A stretch of 64,000 nt of DNA from Chrysomallon squamiferum (taxonomy: Eukaryota > Animalia > Mollusca): NCBI GenBank assembly GCA_012295275.1, contig CM022677.1:4588001-4652000 (forward strand), read 5' to 3'. The translations under genes were made by a program, and so were the position numbers. The notes under the pieces are model-generated. The model made no database searches. It was not told the origin of the DNA and was given only the letters and a program-made list of their open reading frames with translations. This document shows, piece after piece, positions 1 to 14,963 of this stretch. Numbering within the stretch: the first letter of the stretch is position 1; every line of letters starts with the position of its first letter.

Positions 1-321
1 GCAGCACATTTGGAAATTGGTCCACCAAGATTTTGATACAGAATGCATGGATTATCAGGTTGGTTAACTTGTAGAAGTGAAAATTTAGACTATAATAAGT
101 ACAACTGAAACCATGTCTTATTCTTTGATTATTTTTTACTATGTTAATTTGTAACTTGATTATTTTTGCCTCTATACAGTAAACAAACATGATTAGAATT
201 TGTCAGGTATTTCATAAAGTTGATATTATTTCCACAAAATAATAATAAAAAGAAACCATCACAGCAGTAAAAAAATAAACAAAAAAAATCTTTCTATTCA
301 TTGTTTTATTCAGTGATAACA
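1..321 (+). repeat. Segmental duplication, near-identical to 40520-40840
   Basis: Direct comparison: gcagcacatttggaaattggtccacc...cagtgataaca occurs at both positions (offset 40519) with only a few differences. Confidence 0.95.
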
Positions 322-3300
322 TTTTCTTTTTTATGACAGTTCATCAATATCTGATGAATAAAAATTAAAAAAACAACATTAAAAACATTTTTTTTTCTTA
401 GATTTGTCATTAATTCTATTTAATATCAAAATGTATGTAAGGTAATTTTTAAAGGGATTCTTCGTACATAACACTGTGTTTAAAGAAAACAGTATATAGT
501 GATATAGCAAAAAGATGAACTTGTCAGTAACAAGTAAGACACCTTTAGAGTTCATATATATTTTTTTGGTTCAGGTATTGGTTAGTCATTTATTTCAGTC
601 TGTCAGCAAGTAATCAAAACTAATGCACAAGTGTATATGTATTTTTGTAACATATTTTACAGATTAAATCCAGTATATTTCCTACAGAATAAATTGTAAT
701 AACATAAAATTTGATCATGATCCATAAAGAACACAGATGTTTTTCTGAAAGTCTTATCACTGAAACCAGCTTTTGTGTCAAAAGATATTTAATAACAAAT
801 TAATAAAAAAAAAAAAAAAAAAAAATGCTGATAATATTATAGTTTATTCTCAGGCTGAAAAGAAAATATAAAAACATAGATTAAATAGTAATATGAATAA
901 TAATAATAAAGTAATAATAAATTGTTTTGAATATATTTGTCTAACCTATCTATTTTTCTAGAACACTATCTCTGGTTTAACAACTGATGAATTGAAAGTT
1001 AAAATTACTAAAGAGACAGCATCAGTTAAAAGCAGACTAGCAAACAGTCAGACAGCTCCTGATGTTCTGGGTTGTATTAATGTATGTTAGTTGCACCTAT
1101 TATTAATAGGAAGGTATGAAATTAAAAAATGCAGTCAGATGAGTGTTTGGAAATGTTACCTTTATAATTAAATTACTGAACACATTCAATAATCTAATTA
1201 AATTTCTTAACACATGCAATAATCTAATTAAATTACTGTTTTAAAAAGTGTAAAATGTTTGTTTTTCATTGAGAGTAAATTAGATTCATGTTAGTAGATC
1301 TTTAAGATAACTTTTCTATATGTGTTTAATGATTGTTACCACTTTACAAGAAGGCATAATTATTATATTTATGTTAAAGCATTATTTACATGAGTTTGAA
1401 CTTGAACTTATATATATTCATAAATAATGTTTCTGAGCATGTGTTTTATATTGTTTCATTTTTGATTTACCTGTTTAACACATGTTTGTTATTAATTTCT
1501 ATTTGATATGTTTATTTTATTATATTTTAAAATGTTGTTCATACAGAAAGGAAAGCCAATGTGCAGGCAACACCAACACATGTCTGCAGTTCACCTCTTG
1601 TTGGTAAATAAAATTGTTATATAATTAGTGAAAGGCAACATAAAACAGAATCAAATGAATTAACATTTCTCCAGGCACATAAAAGCATATTGATGAAAAC
1701 TTGATTTAAAGTAGTTCCTAAGTCATTCCAACCCATTCATATATACTTTAATGAAATTTTTAAAAAAATTTGAATTCTTTGTAAATGATCATAATATAGA
1801 TACATAAAGTATATTGTTTTCACTGTTGCCATTACAGATCGATTGCTTTGTTGACAAAGAGAAGAACATTCTTAATGAAAAATGTCTCGAGTTAACTTAT
1901 TTTAACATATTTTATACTTATTTTAACACCAGAAACCTGTGGCTAATAAACATTAATCTTTTAATGTTAATTTCAGGTGATAGAAATTATCCAAGTTCAA
2001 GAAAAAGTGAAAAAGCTTAAACCAAGATTGATTTGACTTGAATCAGTCAGTGTCTGATGTCAGTAAACTTCTGCCATACTGTACCCTGTCCTGCCCATCC
2101 GAGGTGTCAGTCTGGACTGGATCATAATGCAAACCTTACTACCTGCAGCAGTTCAACACACTGGAATACACACAAGCTATCATCAAAGTACTGTTCAAGA
2201 CATGAGACAAGGGAGCAGCACCATAACCTTGAACTGTGGTGACAAAGAAGAAACAGATTCATCTTCTGGCATAAGATGCTACAGTTTTAAAGCTGTGATA
2301 GCAAATAATAAATACCAGAGTAAGACAGCAGGTAAGACTTTCAGTCTTTAATTTTAAGGTTTAGTTTCAAATGCAAAGCAGTACAGTGTGTTAATTAAAA
2401 TGGAATTTTATTGGTGTTTTTTTTGTCTTCCTAAGTAATTTATTTTTCTAGGCACACTCTCAAATAACATAAAACTTACGTCTTCACAGAATCAATAAAA
2501 TTATCAACGTTGATCAAGGAGGACACTGGTCACTGTGATGGTCAAGCTGACAATAGCAGCATTTCACACATAATAAACATCACAATGCCAAATACTTTAA
2601 CAAGGTAGCTAAGTGTTCTTTCTATTTCTTACTTGCTTTTTTTTTTTTCTGTTACTTTTTCTCTCTTTCTTTTTTTTCTTTTTCTTTATTATTATTATTA
2701 TTATTTTATCTCTATTATTGTTTTGCTAATTTTTATTTTTATTTCCTGATTTATTTACCACTATATAATGCCAGTTTTGGGAATTAGATAAATTTCCAGT
2801 TAATAAAGATTTTTCACAATTTTCGTAAACAGTTGTGAAAGTTTATATTGTCTGAACAGTTTATAATTTAAAATAGAAATTAAAAAATTAAGTTAAGAAG
2901 CTTTTGTCATCATACAATATTACACTTTTTTAACATGACTTCAAATATGCAAAAAATACTTTTCTTGTCTCTTTTTTCTTTCTTTCTTTAATGTTTGTCT
3001 TCATTTTAAAATATAAACAACAACTTTATAGGTCTTAATAGTGTTTCTATAATTATTTAATGGTTATTCCAGGAGTAGCATTAATCTAAATTATATAATG
3101 TTCATTTTAATTAAATTAATTATTTATGAAATAGTTTTATAATGATGTCAGATAAGTAAACCATATTTAAAATGACTTAATGGATTGGATTTAAAAATAA
3201 TTTATAAAGGTCTTAAGGGGTCACTAGATTTTTTTTTTTCTCTTTCCAGAGTATACTTTTTAGAAACTACCACCATTGCGCTTTCATTCATAGTTTGAAA

Positions 3301-5509
3301 ATTTGTTCTGTGATGATTATATTTTCAGATATTCCTGATCTAGTGGGGTAAGTGTGAGCCAAAATCAGTGTCGAAATAAAATAAAAACACACACTCATGC
3401 TCGCTTTCAAACAATAAGCACTCCCTGCTTACAAGGCAGTAAATGTTCTCCCTTGAAACAGACTGATCAGTGATTGATGTTGACATTTTTAGCCTCACAA
3501 CTTGTTTGTTGTTTTTGTCATGGTGATGTGCAGCTGCTTGAACTAAAATGATAAAATTTAGATAGTGAATTTGTATTTCATTGTACCACAGTAGTGTAAC
3601 AGGCAGAGTTCCTTCCCTTCTTGTGACCAAATTGCTGTAGGAAAACTGTTGGTGAACTCCATAAATTGTCCATAATTTGCAGTGATCAGATGGGGCAAAT
3701 ATTTTAGAGCAAGCTGTACATCCTGTACAGACATTAAGTACAATAACTCACATAGGGTCTTCTGGCAGTATGGAAGCCAAAACTGCAAGTGAAATCTTTT
3801 GCTGTTCTGTAACACATATAACATTCACTTACATTTATTTGTTAGTTAAGGTTTTAGCTAGATAATGAAGTTAAACTTCAAGCATATATGTTTTCTGTTT
3901 TCTACAGTAACACATTTTGTTATTGGTGTAGAAACTTACTGTAGTATTTTAATGTTGATCTTTGTGACTCTACAGGTTTAAGGTTAGTTCCATTGCTGCT
4001 GTGATAGTTATTGCATTGATGGGAAATTTTGTCATTTCTATGAGCTTTTAGGAAAAAGGACTAAAAAATGTTTTTATTTCCACTCGTTGGACCAAAAACA
4101 AATGTATTACATACAATTGTATCAACCTTTTTTGTTAAATTGAATTTCATTTCTCTATTTCTAATACATATATAATACATATATATATAGCCATAATTTT
4201 GTATCCCAATTATTATTTATTTTAAACCATCAAAAAAATATGTTGTATTTAAATATCCAATACAGTAATGTGTTTTTGCTTTGTTTTTATATACACACAC
4301 CTATAGACACATATTTTTGTAATGCTAGCTAGGGAGAAAGTGTTTATTGAAAACAGCATCAGTTTATGCATTTTTGACACACTTCAGTTTGTGTTAATGA
4401 TTTTTTTCTTTAATTATTTCTTTTAAAATTATTTTACATACATTTCTTAGTAATTCTTAGTAATTTAAAATTACCTGCTAACTTATTAGACCTGTTATTT
4501 GTCTTTCAGAACGAATGACAATAAGCCTGCTGAAACTGCAGAAAATGGTGAAAAGGTAAGTAAAGTTTTAATTACGTTTTGTATGGATGTAATGATACAG
4601 GAGAAAAAGTATTGTTTTTGTTTCTTGGATGGATAAACACCTGTTTTTAGACTTAAGTTTCATTTGTGTAACAAACTGTAGCTGATAATTAGTTAAATGT
4701 TTCTTTTCTTCTTTTTTCCTTAAATCTTTTCTTTTTAACTGTTGATGATGTATTTCTTTTTATATCAAATTGTTCTTAGATATTTAAAACTAAATCATTG
4801 TGAGCATTCAGAACATTTGTTAACTTTTTAGATATATAACAAACACACCTTCACTTTCTGTGTTGACTTCACACGTTGGTATTACTGAGAATATTAACTA
4901 GCAGTACACATTACATATTTATTTATTTTCACTGTCCTGTTTTTTTATCAACAATAAGATGTTTTATGATTATATCATGATGATTAATTTAACAGTTAAT
5001 AGAGAAAATGTTTTAAAAACCCCAACAAACATCTGTTTTAATATGTAAAGGTTATCTTCAGCTTTTATCTGTGTAAAATCATTTTAAATATGAAATGTAC
5101 ATGCCAACTATAGGAAATTAGTAAAACAGGAAGACAAATATATATATATATACACATATATAAATCAACATCAGTAACTAAATTAAAATTATATTTTAAA
5201 ATCTTGGTTGATCACATCATTTTATAAAGGAATGTAAATTCATGTTTTGTTTTATTTTATTTCTTTCCTACAGGGTTATGCAACAACTGCATCATTTGGA
5301 AAATTATTAAATAAATATATAATGTGTAATCCACCAGATTGCTGCAGATGTCAAGGAGATACACAGAAGGTGAACTAGCTTTTCATATTATTACCTGTCA
5401 GTTCTTAGTAATGAGCATCTAAGCAGAAATTATTATCATAATAATGGTGGTGATTATGCTAATGTTAATTTAATAATAATAATAATAATAATAATAATAT
5501 TACTATTAC

Positions 5510-5564
<55 letters not shown>

Positions 5565-8500
5565 TTGCTCCAGTTTTTGTTTTACAACAAAAATATTTTT
5601 ATATCATATAGTTTTTTGTACACTCGATGATTCTAACAATTAAGGAAATATATATTTTTTATAAATAAAGTTAAAATTTTACCAACTTCTGTACTTTTTT
5701 CTCATAATAAACCTTAACAGTTTAATAATAAAGTTATGACTTATACAAGCATAGCAAAACTTAATAAAATAACCTTTTTAAAACAGATGTCAGCATCAGT
5801 ATTATGTAGATTACAGGATAATAAAATATGATGAAATTTAAAAAACGTTCCAGCAAGAATACAGAATTTTAATTATATCAAGATATATAACTCTTCAAAT
5901 ATAGCTCAAGCACTGTTATTTGCCTTAATTTGGATAGTCTTTTTATTAAATTTAATAAGGAAATAAATATTACTTTGTCATACTTGCTTACATTTTAGTT
6001 TTCACCATATATTAATTTTATAATAATATATCGAAGAAAATGTAATTGTTTGATTAATTCCAAGTTATATGTTACTGGAAGTTGTTTTATGTTTATATAA
6101 TTAGATAAATATATCAAATAAAATATATTTCAGGTTAGCTATTTTGAATATATTTATTTATTTTTCCATAGAGTTCGTAGAAATGATACTTATTAATAAA
6201 TTAATATTATATTTCAGGCCTTATAATAAATATGGTATTTACAAACAGGCAAATTTTGACAGAGTATTATCAATTTTGTGTTTTGTTTGTTTGTTTGTTT
6301 GTAAAGTTGAAATTTATTTTCATTGTAATTAAAATATAAATAATTTATTAATTTTTTAACTCTTCTGGTTTTTTTTTGTTTTAATCAGTTTGGTTATAAT
6401 ACTTATAGTTCATTTTGTTAGGTTATTAGAAAATGCATTATTTGTTATGTTTTACTTTAAATAATTTTACAACTTCAAATAAAAGTTTAAAATTACAATT
6501 TTTAGGCAGATGTTTTGATTTTCTATTACTTTAAATTTGCCTTCTTTTTTTTTTTTTTTGATGTTGATCTTTGACAAGTTTTTAAACAAGTTTAATACTT
6601 TCAACAATTCTGTTCTGCATTGTGCAATGATTTTTATTTTAATGTTGATTTATTTCACTATAAAGTTGAGAATTTTAATTTATCTTCATTTTCCTTTACT
6701 ATTATCTCTTTTATCTTTGTATCTTTTTATTTATATTTAATTTTTAATTTATTTTTGATATTTTATTTATTTATATATTTATTTTTAAAAATACTGGCAT
6801 TCAAAACTTCTCTGCATGTTTATCATAACATTTAAATTAATAGCATCCATCAGCTATAGATGTGACTTTCATTCTATTGAAGAATCTAACTAGCAGAAGT
6901 AATTAGTTTAGATTTGGGATTAAACGCCTTTCATTAATTTTTATTTATAAATGTGTTGTTGTTTTTTGATATGAGATATAATTCTGTCACAATTTTAGGA
7001 TCATATATTATAATAATAGCCGGGATGCCTGCCAAAACAGTCTGCTAGATCATTGTAGAAGTTCAAGATGAAAGAGGAAATAAAAGAGAGAAATGTAATC
7101 AGTGAATACAGATAAAACAAACTGTAAGCTGGAAACAATTTTGAGTTTATTGTGGCTAATCCAGCTTTACTTCCAACATTGCTAAATAAGTAATTTTGTT
7201 TTGCAGGTGCTTATGAGAAAAAAACCCTGAAGATGACAAATTCATCTGATACTGATACTAGACAGAGGAAATCAATAAAACAGAGAACTGTTCTAAAGTA
7301 AGTGGTATCATTATGTTTTATAATAATAAATAACAGTAATGTGTTTAAGTACATATGTACGTATGAATGCAGGGCTTGTAATGGCCAGTGGCAAAGGATT
7401 TAGTCCTTTTTAACGTTATTTTTGCTGCTTCTTGAATGTTACCACTATATCCAGATAAATAAAGTCAGTATTAAAACATTGTTTAAGTATAATTCATTGA
7501 TCATTTATAATAATTTTCCATGACTGAGATATTTCTTCCCAAATAAATTAATCATATGCTCCTAGCCTGGAATAGGTAAAAAATAGTCATTTAAATAATG
7601 TACGTTAAGATTTAGAATGATAAATTTGATGCTTACTTTTTATTTATTATTTATTTTTATTTTATTTTATTAATTTTTCTTTCTATATTTATTTATTTAG
7701 ATAAATCTGGCTAAAAAATGGGGAATGTACAAAATTCACAAAATTTCCTGATCTTGAACAAATAGTAAGAAACAGTGACTCATACATGAAACAAGCTATC
7801 ATACCACCAGCACAAACTTTGATTCAGCATTTCAGAGGATTTTGTTGACCAGCTTGGAAGACCTTTCAGGTAACTCAGATACAAGACATATCAGTAGATT
7901 TTATACTTATGTCAAAACCAGTACTTCATTTCTTGATTCTGTTTTATAAAAATTCCTCGATATTCATTAAAAATGTACCTTCGAAATGCATAGTGATCAA
8001 GTTGGTGGTAATTATGTTATAAACTGCCATTGTTCAGGAAGAATCAGATGTAAATCCTTACAACTCTGTTTCCTACCAGTGAAAACTTTATATATGAGAT
8101 GACACAGAGTTGATTAGTTTCTGTGTTACTCTTGCAGTGTCTGCATTATTTCGTTCATTTATTGTTTTGTTTTTTATCAGCTGGATCACTTCCTCATTCA
8201 GGATTCAAATCTGTTAACTTTAATAAACATAGATTTGTAGGTGATAAAAGTTCAGTTCAGATCAAGATAACACTTCAACATTTTAATCACTGCAGTTTTG
8301 TGTTAGAATAATATACATAAACTAGCTGATGAACTGAATGATATTCACAGATAATGTTTATTTTTTATGAATTTATTCAGCTGTCATTTAATGTTATAAA
8401 AAATATATATTTTTCTTCTTAAATATAACAAAAAGATCTGTAGGTATAAAGGACTTTTTTGTAGTTTAAATTAATTATATCATCACATTTTAAAATGTTA

Positions 8501-9700
8501 AATATTTGTAATTAATTGGAATTCTCTTGATCTTTTGGGATTAAAAGATTATTATTGTGGATAAATTGAATGTTGTAGGCAGATTATTAACTTATATATT
8601 TTTAATCAAATCTAAAATTAGATGTATAGAATCAGTTCTAAGTGTTCCAAAAAAGTAATGCAGCTTGTAATCAAAATGACTGAATTGAGATACCTGGTGG
8701 AGAGTGACATAGAACTGAAAAGCTTTGGTGTCTGTTAGTAAATGAATAAATGACAGAACTTATCAAATAGTTATTTAACTAAAATGCCTGTCATTTTTAT
8801 AGGCTGGTGATAATGAATTCTTTTCAATTTACAGGTGGAAACTGTGAAGTCCATGTCAAATTTTGTATTTCTTTTAAACACTTGTACAAAGACAGAGGTT
8901 TTCAGATCTCACTCTCTCCCTTACAGTGCAAGGCAGGTCAGTGCTGAAGATTCAGAGGAGAATTCACAATTTTATGGATTTCAGCTTTGAGAAATATTAG
9001 TGGTATTTGTATTATTATTATTATTACATTTTCATGTTATGTTTGTATTGCTTAACTTTAAAATATTTTGGTCTAATCAGTGCATTCTTCTTGTTTAGTA
9101 TTAGAAAATCTTTCATAAAGAAATACTTTCACATATTTTTATGAATTCGGTTATAAAAGACAATTGTGTTTTTTTTAATTGACCAGAATGTAAAATTTGT
9201 TGTGATACTTTTTTATAGATATATATTTTTTGATTAAATTATTTGTGATTTATTATTAAAATCTATTACAATAAGAGACAGATGATGTATATTTATAATA
9301 ATTTCTTTCTAACATTACAGACAATTAAACACAATAAAAAAATACTTATTATTCTATTACATTTTATTGTTGTATCTACAGGAAAGACAAGATTCTGGAA
9401 TCAGCTTCAGTTACAAGAAGAGGGAGAAGAATTTAAACAGATGAGGTATCTACTGATATGGAACAATTATTATTATTCACAAAAGATGGATTTTTCTTTC
9501 CAAAGCAGATTCCAGAGAAAATGTTGACAGTACACACCAGTGTGGATTGATTATTCTCCAATAGTTAACAGTGGATGGTTCTTGGTTATTATGGAAGGGA
9601 ACAAAAAACTTCCACTGTCAAGATTAATGACAGTGCAAAAGCTTTGTATGTTTCTACATTACAAATTATAGAAGAAATGAAAATATGTGGAGCAATGATA
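1..9700 (+). pseudogene. 3' part of an unidentified multi-exon gene (copy A), disabled
   Basis: Series of AG...GT-bounded exon-like blocks: <1-57, 180-206, 962-1081 (open: NTISGLTTDELKVKITKETASVKSRLANSQ...), ~1547-1603, ~1977-2331, ~2452-2604, ~4510-4555, ~5274-5369, ~7207-7297, ~7701-7869, ~8835-9002, ~9382-9444. Exon 180-206 starts TAA where the paralogous exon at 40699 starts GAA; other exons also contain stops. Family not recognised. Confidence 0.55.
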
Positions 9701-11690
9701 CATACAGACAGACAACAAGCAGGTTCCAGCTTAATGTTGTTTTCATAGACAATATTAGCAGGTTCCAGCTTAATGTTGTTTTCATAGACAATATTAGCAA
9801 GTTCCAGCTTAATGTTGTTTTCATAGACAATATTAGCAGGTTCCAGCTTAATGTTGTTTTCATAGACAACAAGCAGGTTCCAGCTTAATGTTGTTTTCAT
9901 AGACAATATTAGCAGGTTTAGAGCAGCTGTAAGTGATTTAAAGGAAAGGAGAGAAGATTGACAGAGATATGAGACTGACTGCCTGATGGGAGGTTAACAG
10001 GTAAAGAGATACACAGGAAGATAAACAGAAAGAAAGAGAGATGCTGATAAACTAATAGACAGTTAGATCAGTAGAAGTTAACAAATGAATTCATAGATGT
10101 AGATGAATTTAGGCAGATAGGTAAACATGACAGTGTCTATTTATCTATCCTGTGTTTTCTTCTTTCTGTCATGTGTGTTTGTGTGCCAGGCTGAGTAGAC
10201 GTACAGATGTATACTTAAATCATACAGGTTGTAATGCAGGCATAGTTAGTTATGTATGTAGGTAGTTTGACAGGGAATTAGATTGATGGATGGTTATTGA
10301 TCTGTCATAATGTGGATAGATAAACAAATAGGTATGTAGGTCAATAGTTCAATAGGTTGATATGCAGATGTATGTAGATAGTTATCTAACAGACAGCAGA
10401 CACACAGAGGGACAGACAGGTGGGTAGGTCAGTAGTTCAATAGGTTGATATGTAGATATATGTAGATAGTTATGTAGCAGACAGACAGGTGTAGGCAAGT
10501 ATGATGGTAATGTGGAAGATTGAATATATATATATATATAGGTGTAGGTATTTAAGCTGGAGCAGGGAATAGTATATGGAAGGAAAAGTTACTTGTCTTT
10601 TTTTTGAAGAGTGAATATATTGAGTATATATTTGTGCAAACATACAGAAATATAGGGAGATTTGAAGGTGATACGTAGGTGTGTAGACAAGAAGATGTTT
10701 AAATGACTGATTGATGTTATTGATATATAAACTGTTAGGTAGGTTGATTATATAGATAGAATGAGAAATTGTGTACATAGATATACATATAGAGATACAT
10801 ATAGATATGTGACATAGAAAGTGCATGTGTGTGTGTGTGTGTGTGTGTGTGCCAGTGATTGATAAGGATCGCTAAATAAGGGAATTGTGAATGAGAGTTA
10901 TAAATGGACAGTAACACAGAAAGATAGATATAAAACGTAGTTATAATAATTTAGGGAGATAGTCAGGAAGATGAATAGCTGATTCAAGGGATTGTTATTG
11001 ATGGATAGAGAAGCATATATAGGGAGGCATTTATATAGGGAGTTCGATGGATGGATAAATAGATAGGTGTAAGCAAGTATGATGGTAAAGTGGATATGAT
11101 GATGTAAATGTACATAGATAAATACACACAGAGACAGACAGAAGACAGAGAGGATTGGATCTGTGTTAGGATCGCATTAGTGATGAACTGATAACTTAAA
11201 GATAGATATCCAGAGATAAATACATAGGTTATATATAGATATATAGAAATAAATACAGATAGATTATATAGACAGATACACAGATATAAATAAATATAGA
11301 TAGATTATATAGACGGACATACAAAGGTAAATACAGATAGATTATGTAGATAGATATACAGAGATAAATACAGATATATATATAGATAAAAAGAGATAAA
11401 TACAGAAAGATGTAACTATTTATCTCTGTGTGTGTATATATACACACACAGAAATAAATACAGATAGATTACATAGACATTCAGCAAGATAGCGAGGTTT
11501 GAAGTAGTATATAGTTAGATATTCAGGGAGCTGGACATATGATTGAGAGATGGTTATTGAAAAACAGACGTATAAGCTAGAGAGATAAACTGATAGGTAG
11601 GTATGTTACTAGTTTGGTAGATTGATTTGTAGACAGACTGATAGACATATAGATAGATGTTAAGGAATGTGTGTGTGTGTGTGTGTGTGT
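8810..11690 (+). repeat. Duplicated block; inverted paralogs at ~54300-56172 and ~46640-47600
   Basis: For example 8810-9010 (tgataatgaatt...tttacaggtggaaactgt...ggatttcagctttgagaa) matches the reverse complement of 55990-56172, and 11480-11660 matches the reverse complement of 54380-54540. Confidence 0.9.
9718..9917. repeat. 39-bp minisatellite, ~5 copies
   Basis: Unit agcaggttccagcttaatgttgttttcatagacaatatt; gives the 13-aa periodic ORFs at 9589-9906. Confidence 0.95.
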
Positions 11691-12014
11691 GTAGGAATGA
11701 TAATGTATTTATGTGTTTAAAGATGATTAGTATGTATATGTACCTACATATGTGTCTGTGTGTGTGTGTGTGTGTAAAAAAGGGTGGATAGAGATGTAAA
11801 TTGAAAGACAGAAAAAAGCTAGATAGATGCAAGGAGGCATCAGTATATACTGCACAACTGTAAGAAAGACAGAGTCTGTTGCTTATGGCATAAATAGATA
11901 GATAAAGAAATATATTTACAGATAGATAAATAGATAAAAAGAATAAATAATTAAAATAATTAAATGATATTAAAGGAGAGGGTATGCGTAAATATGTGTG
12001 TATGTGTTGCAAAG

Positions 12015-12214
12015 NNNNNNNNNNNNNNNNNNNNNNNNNNNNNNNNNNNNNNNNNNNNNNNNNNNNNNNNNNNNNNNNNNNNNNNNNNNNNNNNNNNNNN
12101 NNNNNNNNNNNNNNNNNNNNNNNNNNNNNNNNNNNNNNNNNNNNNNNNNNNNNNNNNNNNNNNNNNNNNNNNNNNNNNNNNNNNNNNNNNNNNNNNNNNN
12201 NNNNNNNNNNNNNN
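12015..12214. other. Assembly gap (200 N)
   Basis: Run of N. Confidence 1.
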
Positions 12215-12360
12215 GATAACCCAAACAAGACCTCACAACAATCTCATTGAATCAAATAACAGTTAAAAACACCACTAATTACATTATACTGATAACCCAA
12301 ACAAGACCTCACAACAATCTCATTGAATCAAATAACAATAAAAACCACCACTAATTACAC
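12215..12360. repeat. 76-bp tandem repeat (~2 visible copies) abutting the gap
   Basis: gataacccaaacaagacctcacaacaatctcattgaatcaaataac... at 12215 and 12291. Confidence 0.9.
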
Positions 12361-13479
12361 TATCTGAACTGGACATTCTCGTAACTGACCACCAAACATT
12401 ATTCTGTCACCTAAAATGGGCCTAATTGTGATTAAACCAATAAAAAAAAAAAGAGCAACCCCATGGGAAACTGCAAAATGCAGCACATCTGACCTATTTC
12501 CAGCTACTAACTCACCATTATTACTAGCAGCACAACACCTTTTAGTTAATAAATAAATAAAACAAGAAAAAGAAAAGAAGAAACAAGAACAGGAATAAAA
12601 GGAGTAAGAAATAATAATTAAAAAAAATAATAATATATGTCTCTCTCTTTCTCTCTCTCTCTCTCCCTCACTCTGTCTCTCTCATTCTCTCCGTCTCTCT
12701 CACTCTTTCTCTCACTATTATGTTATTTTATTAATATTAAATTTATTTTAAAATAAAACCTTTTTTATAAATTACTCTGTTGTTTGTTTTAACTATTTAA
12801 TGTAAGCATTAAAAATGACAAACCATTTTTTTGTTTGTTTTTACTCTTTTCTGTAAACAATTAATTATTATATAAAATATACTGATTTTTGAAATTTACT
12901 ATTTTCTATTAAATGAAATAAATATGGTTTTTGAAATGAGTGTGTTTGTTGTTTGTTTTTAATACTTTCTGTAAACAATTAATAAATAAAATGAAGACAA
13001 TTTTAAAAACTAAAATTTACTATTTTCTGTATCAATTAATGGAAATAAAACTGATTTTAAAACAACAATGTGCTTATTTTCTTTTCAAATAATTTCATCT
13101 TTTTGTTGTTGTTGTTGTTGTTGAGATTGAATCTATACTGATATATTAATTATAAGATTGTAAAGTTTACATTCTATACAAGAATATTTCTAAGAAAATA
13201 AGTTTTAGCTAAACAAATTTGTTTTAAGCAGTAAAAAATATTTATATTGTAGACATTAATATTTAAATATATATATATATATATAACAAAATATAATAAT
13301 AATAATAATAACAATAATAGTCAAAAATTAAAAGATTTAATCTTTATAAATTTTATTCTCGATTCCATTTTTTATTATTTATTTTTAAATTTATTTTTTA
13401 TTTATATATTTTTTCATTATTATTATTATTATTATACGTTAAATATAAATATAAAATGAAAAATAAAAATAAAACTAAT

Positions 13480-13775
13480 GGCCCGGTTAGATATTATACA
13501 ACGCTACATTTGCGAAGTGAAAACACGTGGTTTTCAGCTTCCTGTCATTTTGGAAAACAAAACTCAACCTACCTTGTTCGTCCGCTAAATAAATCAGTAG
13601 CGAAGTGAAAGACAACACTAAGGCAAAGACAATTTTCATGGTGTAAATCAAGCTTACATACACAATTTTGAATTACTATAGTTGTTAAAGTGTCCCCGGT
13701 GCGCGCCCTTTCACTAATAGTCTCGCCGGAACTTCGCTATACTTCGGGATGCTGTGGCCGTGACGTCATGCTGAT
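13480..13775. promoter_or_regulatory. CpG-enriched promoter-like segment with a perfect CRE palindrome
   Basis: Local CpG cluster in very AT-rich DNA; TGACGTCA at 13761-13768; minus-strand splice-donor-like sites (AG/GTAGGT near 13570, GTAAGC near 13655). Confidence 0.35.
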
Positions 13776-13815
13776 TTTCTAACTGATTAATTATTATTAT
13801 TTCAATGAATTATAA

Positions 13816-14105
13816 CAGGGGTGCCCCTACTTTTTAAATGACCAAGTCGAAATGATCTACCAACAGTAAAAACAGTAAAAACGCAAAACATTTATCTATT
13901 TATTTTATTTATTTATACTAAGTATACTTATATTTACAAGATATGTTGTTGTAATTGCATAACAGCGTGAACCTGTATGGCACAATACAAGTCTGTACAT
14001 GTTTGGCCTTCACCTTACTCTGATAACTTGAACTTGCACTTGCAGAATGGATGATACGCTTTTTTTTAGTGTCATGCGATCTACCCACACTGTCTATGCG
14101 ATCTC
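13816..14105. mobile_element. Possible hAT-type non-autonomous element remnant
   Basis: Begins CAGGGGTGCCC, similar to hAT/Charlie-type termini, and has repeated GATCTAC/GCGATC subterminal-like motifs (~13854, ~14076-14105). No second terminus found. Confidence 0.35.
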
Positions 14106-14893
14106 GTAATAAACGTTTTGCTATATTTATTTATTCATTTATTCATTAATTCATGAAAGGTTAGTCAGGTACACACAAAGACACGTTTCATAAACACAAA
14201 TACACACCGAACTGAACGTTACTTACACTATGGTCGTGCATTTGAGGAGACATTCATACAAAATTTAATATAAGTATGACAAGATGGTGGATTTACAATA
14301 ATGTACATAATAAAAATATATATACAGTATATCAGTATATCAGCCAGCGGATTTGAAATTACGGTTCATGATTAGATTACAGAAAATAGAACGTTTTTAA
14401 AGAACACCAGCTTTTTTAAGAGTTAAATAATTCATAAAATTTATAAACACTTGGTTTAGATTGACAGAAAAACGGTTCCTTTGAGTCTTTAAAAGAAACA
14501 GACATGTGTAAATATGTAATGAAACTCATAGTTATCACACATATTTTATTTTCTAAAGGTGTGAGTTTCCATCTTCCCGTATCAATAGGAAGATTATGAT
14601 TTGAAAGTTTAAACAGCGAGTAGCAGTATTTTTACTCTGTAAGGTTGAAATATGTCTGGAATGTGAGATTATTTTTAAATTGTTTATAATTTTAAACTTT
14701 GTACCAATACAATGACAGAGAGCAACACACGATTGTAGGAGTCCGTCTGTCGTGAAATGCTGGCAGATAATCACACTTTTATATCAAAACTATTTTTCTG
14801 TTCTATACAGTCAAACATACCGAATCATTATCATCCAACTTGTCGCTTGATATCTTTCTATTACCTAGTTTGTGAATTCAAAATAACTAAAAT

Positions 14894-14963
<70 letters not shown>

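Noticed and set aside
11554-12266. ORFs of 73-224 aa
   Set aside because: They read through the N gap and low-complexity sequence.
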